DNA from: an uncultured Ignavibacteria bacterium
GTDB lineage: Bacteria; Zixibacteria; MSB-5A5; SM1-73
Reading direction: 5' to 3'
Length of the DNA: 64,000 nt
NCBI GenBank assembly: GCA_964348415.1
Contig: CAYGCR010000002.1
Span: 25,069-89,068 of the forward strand
Each line of letters begins with the position of its first letter. Positions within the stretch are counted from its first letter, which is position 1. Shown in pieces: positions 60,911 to 64,000 of the stretch. Both the position numbers and the translations under genes were made by a program. The notes below the pieces were generated by a model, which did not search any database, was not told the origin of the DNA, and saw nothing but the letters and a program-made list of their open reading frames with translations.

Positions 60911-61828
60911 TCAGAACCAGTCCAGTCCACCGATGTAGAACGAATCGCCGTACACCTCGCTGAAGCGGGCTTCTTTCAGAGGCTTGGCCATCAGCACGTT
61001 GTTGTTGCTCGTGTGAACTCCGTATCCCCTGGATTTGTATATGTCAAGGAGCTTGGGATCGGCAACCGCTCGGTTGATCACTCCAGCTTTGGCTGAAATC
61101 TCGGTCTTATCGATTAGCTCCTCGTAGGTATCATAACCCAATGCCACCATCTCTTGAATCTTAGTCATATCCTGATTCTCCGAAACCAGGGCGTATCCGT
61201 TCGCCAGTAGAATGGATTTGCTTTCGTCGAACCTCTTTCTCCTTAAGTACATGGCGACAAAGTCACTCTGCCGAACTACAAATCCGACCTTTCCCTTGAC
61301 GAAGGTCTCATATGTCCTGTATGCCTTATGAGGATCCAGATGAGCCCGGAGCCGCGGATTGGCGGATTCTGGCTTATCCAAAACCTTGTAGACGCTGTCG
61401 TATTGATTTGTGGACTCGACTTCCTCGTACCCCATCTCCCTGTATATGCGGTAGGCTATGATAGTGCGGCTGGTGCACAAGAAGGAGAAACGATAATTCT
61501 GTAAGCGAAAATAGTCGAGAGCGTTTTCCATAAGAGTCTTGCAGATTCCTTGTCGGGCAAAGCCGGGGTCGGTCGCCACGGCCCACACACCTCCGATAAT
61601 CTCTGTCTCTCCCGCGACGGTCTTCGTCGGAATATCCATGACTCCCACAAAACCTATCAGCCTTCCATCTTTCACCGCGCAGAATCCCACGGGACTATGT
61701 TTCAGCCTTGCATCCGTCTCAATCCTCTCCCGCATGGTCTTGGGTGAGATGGGCCACCAGAAGGCGATCTCCATCAACATCATGAAATCGTCCTTTGGCT
61801 CCAACTCTCGGTAAGTTATTATCTGCAT
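60911..61828 (-). CDS. GNAT-family N-acetyltransferase with a C-terminal extension of unknown function.
   Basis: GNAT core with the acetyl-CoA-binding R-x-x-G-x-G motif (ARQGICKTL) in the N-terminal ~150 aa. The C-terminal half is unassigned. Confidence 0.6.
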   Translation of the reverse strand: MQIITYRELEPKDDFMMLMEIAFWWPISPKTMRERIETDARLKHSPVGFCAVKDGRLIGFVGVMDIPTKTVAGETEIIGGVWAVATDPGFARQGICKTLMENALDYFRLQNYRFSFLCTSRTIIAYRIYREMGYEEVESTNQYDSVYKVLDKPESANPRLRAHLDPHKAYRTYETFVKGKVGFVVRQSDFVAMYLRRKRFDESKSILLANGYALVSENQDMTKIQEMVALGYDTYEELIDKTEISAKAGVINRAVADPKLLDIYKSRGYGVHTSNNNVLMAKPLKEARFSEVYGDSFYIGGLDWF

Positions 61829-61980
61829 GATCGGCTCCCTTCTTTGTCAAGCGGCCTTCGCCGCCCTGTCCCTTAACCTGAGAGACGCCGGAAGCATGTC
61901 CTTCCGCATAGTCTCCAAGATCCACGAATCGCAAAGAAGGTATGTTTCCGTCTTTTTAGGAAATGAAGAAGTGGCAGGCA

Positions 61981-64000
61981 CTATCCCACAAGGCTGAGCA
62001 GCTTCCTATAGTCTTTGGGGTTTCCGTGTTTGATCTTCTTGTGCAGATCCACAGTCTCCGGCTCAGGTTCGACCTCAAGATACCTTCTCAGGTTCTGTTC
62101 ACATACTTTGAACTGCCTTACAGCAGCCGTGCGGCTTCCCAGAACGGCATAGGAGAGCATTATCATGCGGTGCGCTTCCTCGTCCGCCGGATCGGATAGA
62201 AGCAGGGATTGAAGGTAATGAATGCACCTTTCGTAGTCGGACTTCTCCCAGGCCGACCGAGCCAGTCTCCAGAAGACCACGTTGTATTTGTCTCTATACT
62301 CGTCGCGGGCCTCTTCTGCCCAGCGCTCATAGCAATCCTCCAGGAGATTCGAGGAGTAAAGTTCGGCTGCCCTCTGGTATTCCGTGTCCATTAGATGAAG
62401 TTTCTGTTCCTTTCTGAATCGTTCCGCGTTGTCCAAACAGGCCAGGAATTCGCCCACGTCGGACCACACCTTCCCCTCCCAGTTGAGACGATATACCCCT
62501 GCCTGCGAGCTAATATACTCGCCCTTCTCTTTCCCCACCGCTTTTCTGAGATGGGAAAGAGTTACATGGAAGGTATTGCCCAGACTTTGGGGATCGATTT
62601 CGGGCCAGATGGCGTCCACCAGTTTATCTCTGGTCATTCCGATTTTCTTCGGATCCTTTACCACCAGACAGGCCAAGATGTGTCTGGCTTTCACCGACCC
62701 CCATTGCTTTGCGGTGATCTCTTCGGTCTCATACGGTCGATATGCTCTCAGTCTCCCAAAACAATAGATCCGAAGATAATCTATATAGTCACCGCTTATG
62801 CCCACCGGGAGAGGCACCTCCGCCCTTTCTCTGGCCTCCCTTTTTACTTTTGCATGCGATGTTTTCTGCTCGATTTCCCTCAGAACGGGTCTCAAGTCAG
62901 GCTCCAGTGAGCTTTGTGCTATCCTCTCCTTAAGCAATATCAACCTCTTTTCCAGATTGAGTTGGTTGAAGATGCGTATAGCTTGGTTCAACACGTCAAG
63001 GCTTCTTCGCAGGAGATTTTCTCTTTTATCCGCTATTTCTGAAGCAGCCATCTGAGCCAGACAGAATCCCAGACTCTCCAGGCTCAGGGCTCGCTGAAAC
63101 GGAGACTTCAGTTCCTCGAAAATCCGGCTGCTTCCGCGTAGCGGTCTCTCGGCACTCTTCCATTCCTCAAGCGAAAGATAGAACTGCCCCAGGGTTCTTT
63201 TGGCAATTCCCAAGCTCATTTTGGATGACTGTTCGGTAGCAACGTTCAGCGCATCCTTAATCAGGTTGAAACCTTCTTGATGGCGATTGAGTCTAAAGTG
63301 AACCTTACCCAGATCTGCCTGGATCAAAGGCAAGACATCTTTTGCCCCAATTTTGCGGCAGATACTCAAACTTCTGCTCACATAATCGAAAGCCTTGTCC
63401 GATTGGCCCTGTGCCAGACAGGTCATACCCAGATTGTCTAACGCTGATACCATGCCCCGACGATCCCCGTACTGTTCTCTGATCTTCAAACTCCTTTCGA
63501 GAAACCCGAGAGCTTTTTCCCATTCTCCTCTGTCCTTGTACAGGACGCCCAGATTGTTATAGATTATACCCTTCCAGGATAGATTGCCCATTTCCTGCGC
63601 TAGGTTCAAACCCTTCAGGTAATACTCCTCAGCCTTGTCATATTGACCCAAGTTGAGATGTATCACTCCAAGGTTGATCTTCAAAGCGGAGAGCCTCGAC
63701 TTATCCTGAACCTGCGTCTGAATCTCAAGACAGCGATTAAAGAAGTCAATGGCCTGATCATATTTCCCCTGGCTGTAGGCTATCCAGCCAAGATTGTTGT
63801 AACTTTTCTCTAAAAGAGAAAGATGCTTTTTCTTCTGGGACAGCTGTACAGCCTTCTCGGACCATTCAACGCACTTATCGTGCTGGCCCTTCATGACGTA
63901 GCTTAAACCCAGGCAATTACAGATATTGATATATTCCGTTCGTTCGGGTTCCAAAGAGAAGTCCCCCAATTCTTCTAAGGCACACTCATAATAGGAAATG
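61981..64000 (-). CDS. TPR-repeat / winged-helix (OmpR-trans_reg_C-like) / BTAD regulator. SARP-like domains in an unusual order. N-terminally truncated by the window edge.
   Basis: At least 8 TPR units. Then LRIYCFGRLRAY...ARHILACLVVK...TRDKLVDAIWPE, a trans_reg_C-like wHTH. Then a BTAD-like helical region: YERWAEEARDEYRDKY...HRMIMLSYAVLGSRTAAVRQFKVCEQNL. Manual translation shows the reading frame stays open upstream of the annotated TTG through position 64000. Confidence 0.7.
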   Translation of the reverse strand, partial: ISYYECALEELGDFSLEPERTEYINICNCLGLSYVMKGQHDKCVEWSEKAVQLSQKKKHLSLLEKSYNNLGWIAYSQGKYDQAIDFFNRCLEIQTQVQDKSRLSALKINLGVIHLNLGQYDKAEEYYLKGLNLAQEMGNLSWKGIIYNNLGVLYKDRGEWEKALGFLERSLKIREQYGDRRGMVSALDNLGMTCLAQGQSDKAFDYVSRSLSICRKIGAKDVLPLIQADLGKVHFRLNRHQEGFNLIKDALNVATEQSSKMSLGIAKRTLGQFYLSLEEWKSAERPLRGSSRIFEELKSPFQRALSLESLGFCLAQMAASEIADKRENLLRRSLDVLNQAIRIFNQLNLEKRLILLKERIAQSSLEPDLRPVLREIEQKTSHAKVKREARERAEVPLPVGISGDYIDYLRIYCFGRLRAYRPYETEEITAKQWGSVKARHILACLVVKDPKKIGMTRDKLVDAIWPEIDPQSLGNTFHVTLSHLRKAVGKEKGEYISSQAGVYRLNWEGKVWSDVGEFLACLDNAERFRKEQKLHLMDTEYQRAAELYSSNLLEDCYERWAEEARDEYRDKYNVVFWRLARSAWEKSDYERCIHYLQSLLLSDPADEEAHRMIMLSYAVLGSRTAAVRQFKVCEQNLRRYLEVEPEPETVDLHKKIKHGNPKDYRKLLSLVG

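Overview
The window reads as a chromosomal segment of a Gram-negative bacterium, roughly 50% GC, dominated by core energy and housekeeping operons with two accessory stretches between them. No tools were run, so every call below is by eye, from motif recognition and family knowledge.

Layout, start to end:
- A long minus-strand ORF running off the 5' edge (1..1645) that is absent from the ORF track; it begins with a signal peptide and looks like a large secreted or lipoprotein gene.
- A complete 14-subunit NADH:quinone oxidoreductase operon, nuoA to nuoN on the plus strand (2424..17175), containing a tandem, diverged duplication of nuoB.
- A 1.1-kb intergenic region holding two copies of a conserved ~120-nt hairpin-containing element.
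- A 1417-aa double BadF/BcrA-type CoA-enzyme activase fusion on the minus strand.
- An EamA/DMT permease (plus strand), followed by a minus-strand sugar-nucleotide operon: NAD-dependent epimerase, UDP-glucose 6-dehydrogenase, GT4 glycosyltransferase.
- A trio of secreted proteins: an FN3 lipoprotein, a DUF4384/PEGA protein with a very basic H1-like tail, and a K/E-rich secreted protein.
- A plus-strand polarity and motility supercluster, which I rate the most interesting candidate system in the window. It consists of a PATAN/DUF4388 protein, a small membrane protein, a TPR-Roadblock fusion, a polytopic-membrane-Roadblock fusion, MglB, an MglA GTPase carrying a 130-aa C-terminal extension that ends in an amphipathic membrane-targeting-like motif, a fourth Roadblock protein with an acidic tail, then PilB, PilT, PilC and an orphan PilS-like kinase with no PilR.
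- An accessory island between pilS and the ATP synthase operon: an orphan 137-aa ORF bracketed by ~60-bp direct repeats carrying a CAGGAGC-N5-GCTCCTG palindrome, followed by four tandem 112-bp nested-palindromic repeats.
- A complete minus-strand F1Fo ATP synthase operon, atpZ-atpI-atpBEFHAGDC, with a terminator.
- A deoxyhypusine-synthase-like gene, a YjbQ-family gene, ftsY, smc with a translationally coupled unknown ORF, a GNAT acetyltransferase, and a partial TPR-wHTH-BTAD (SARP-like) regulator at the 3' edge.

A short (A)AACGGAT tandem motif recurs at at least five gene junctions. Coordinates of gene starts are approximate to within alternative start codons.
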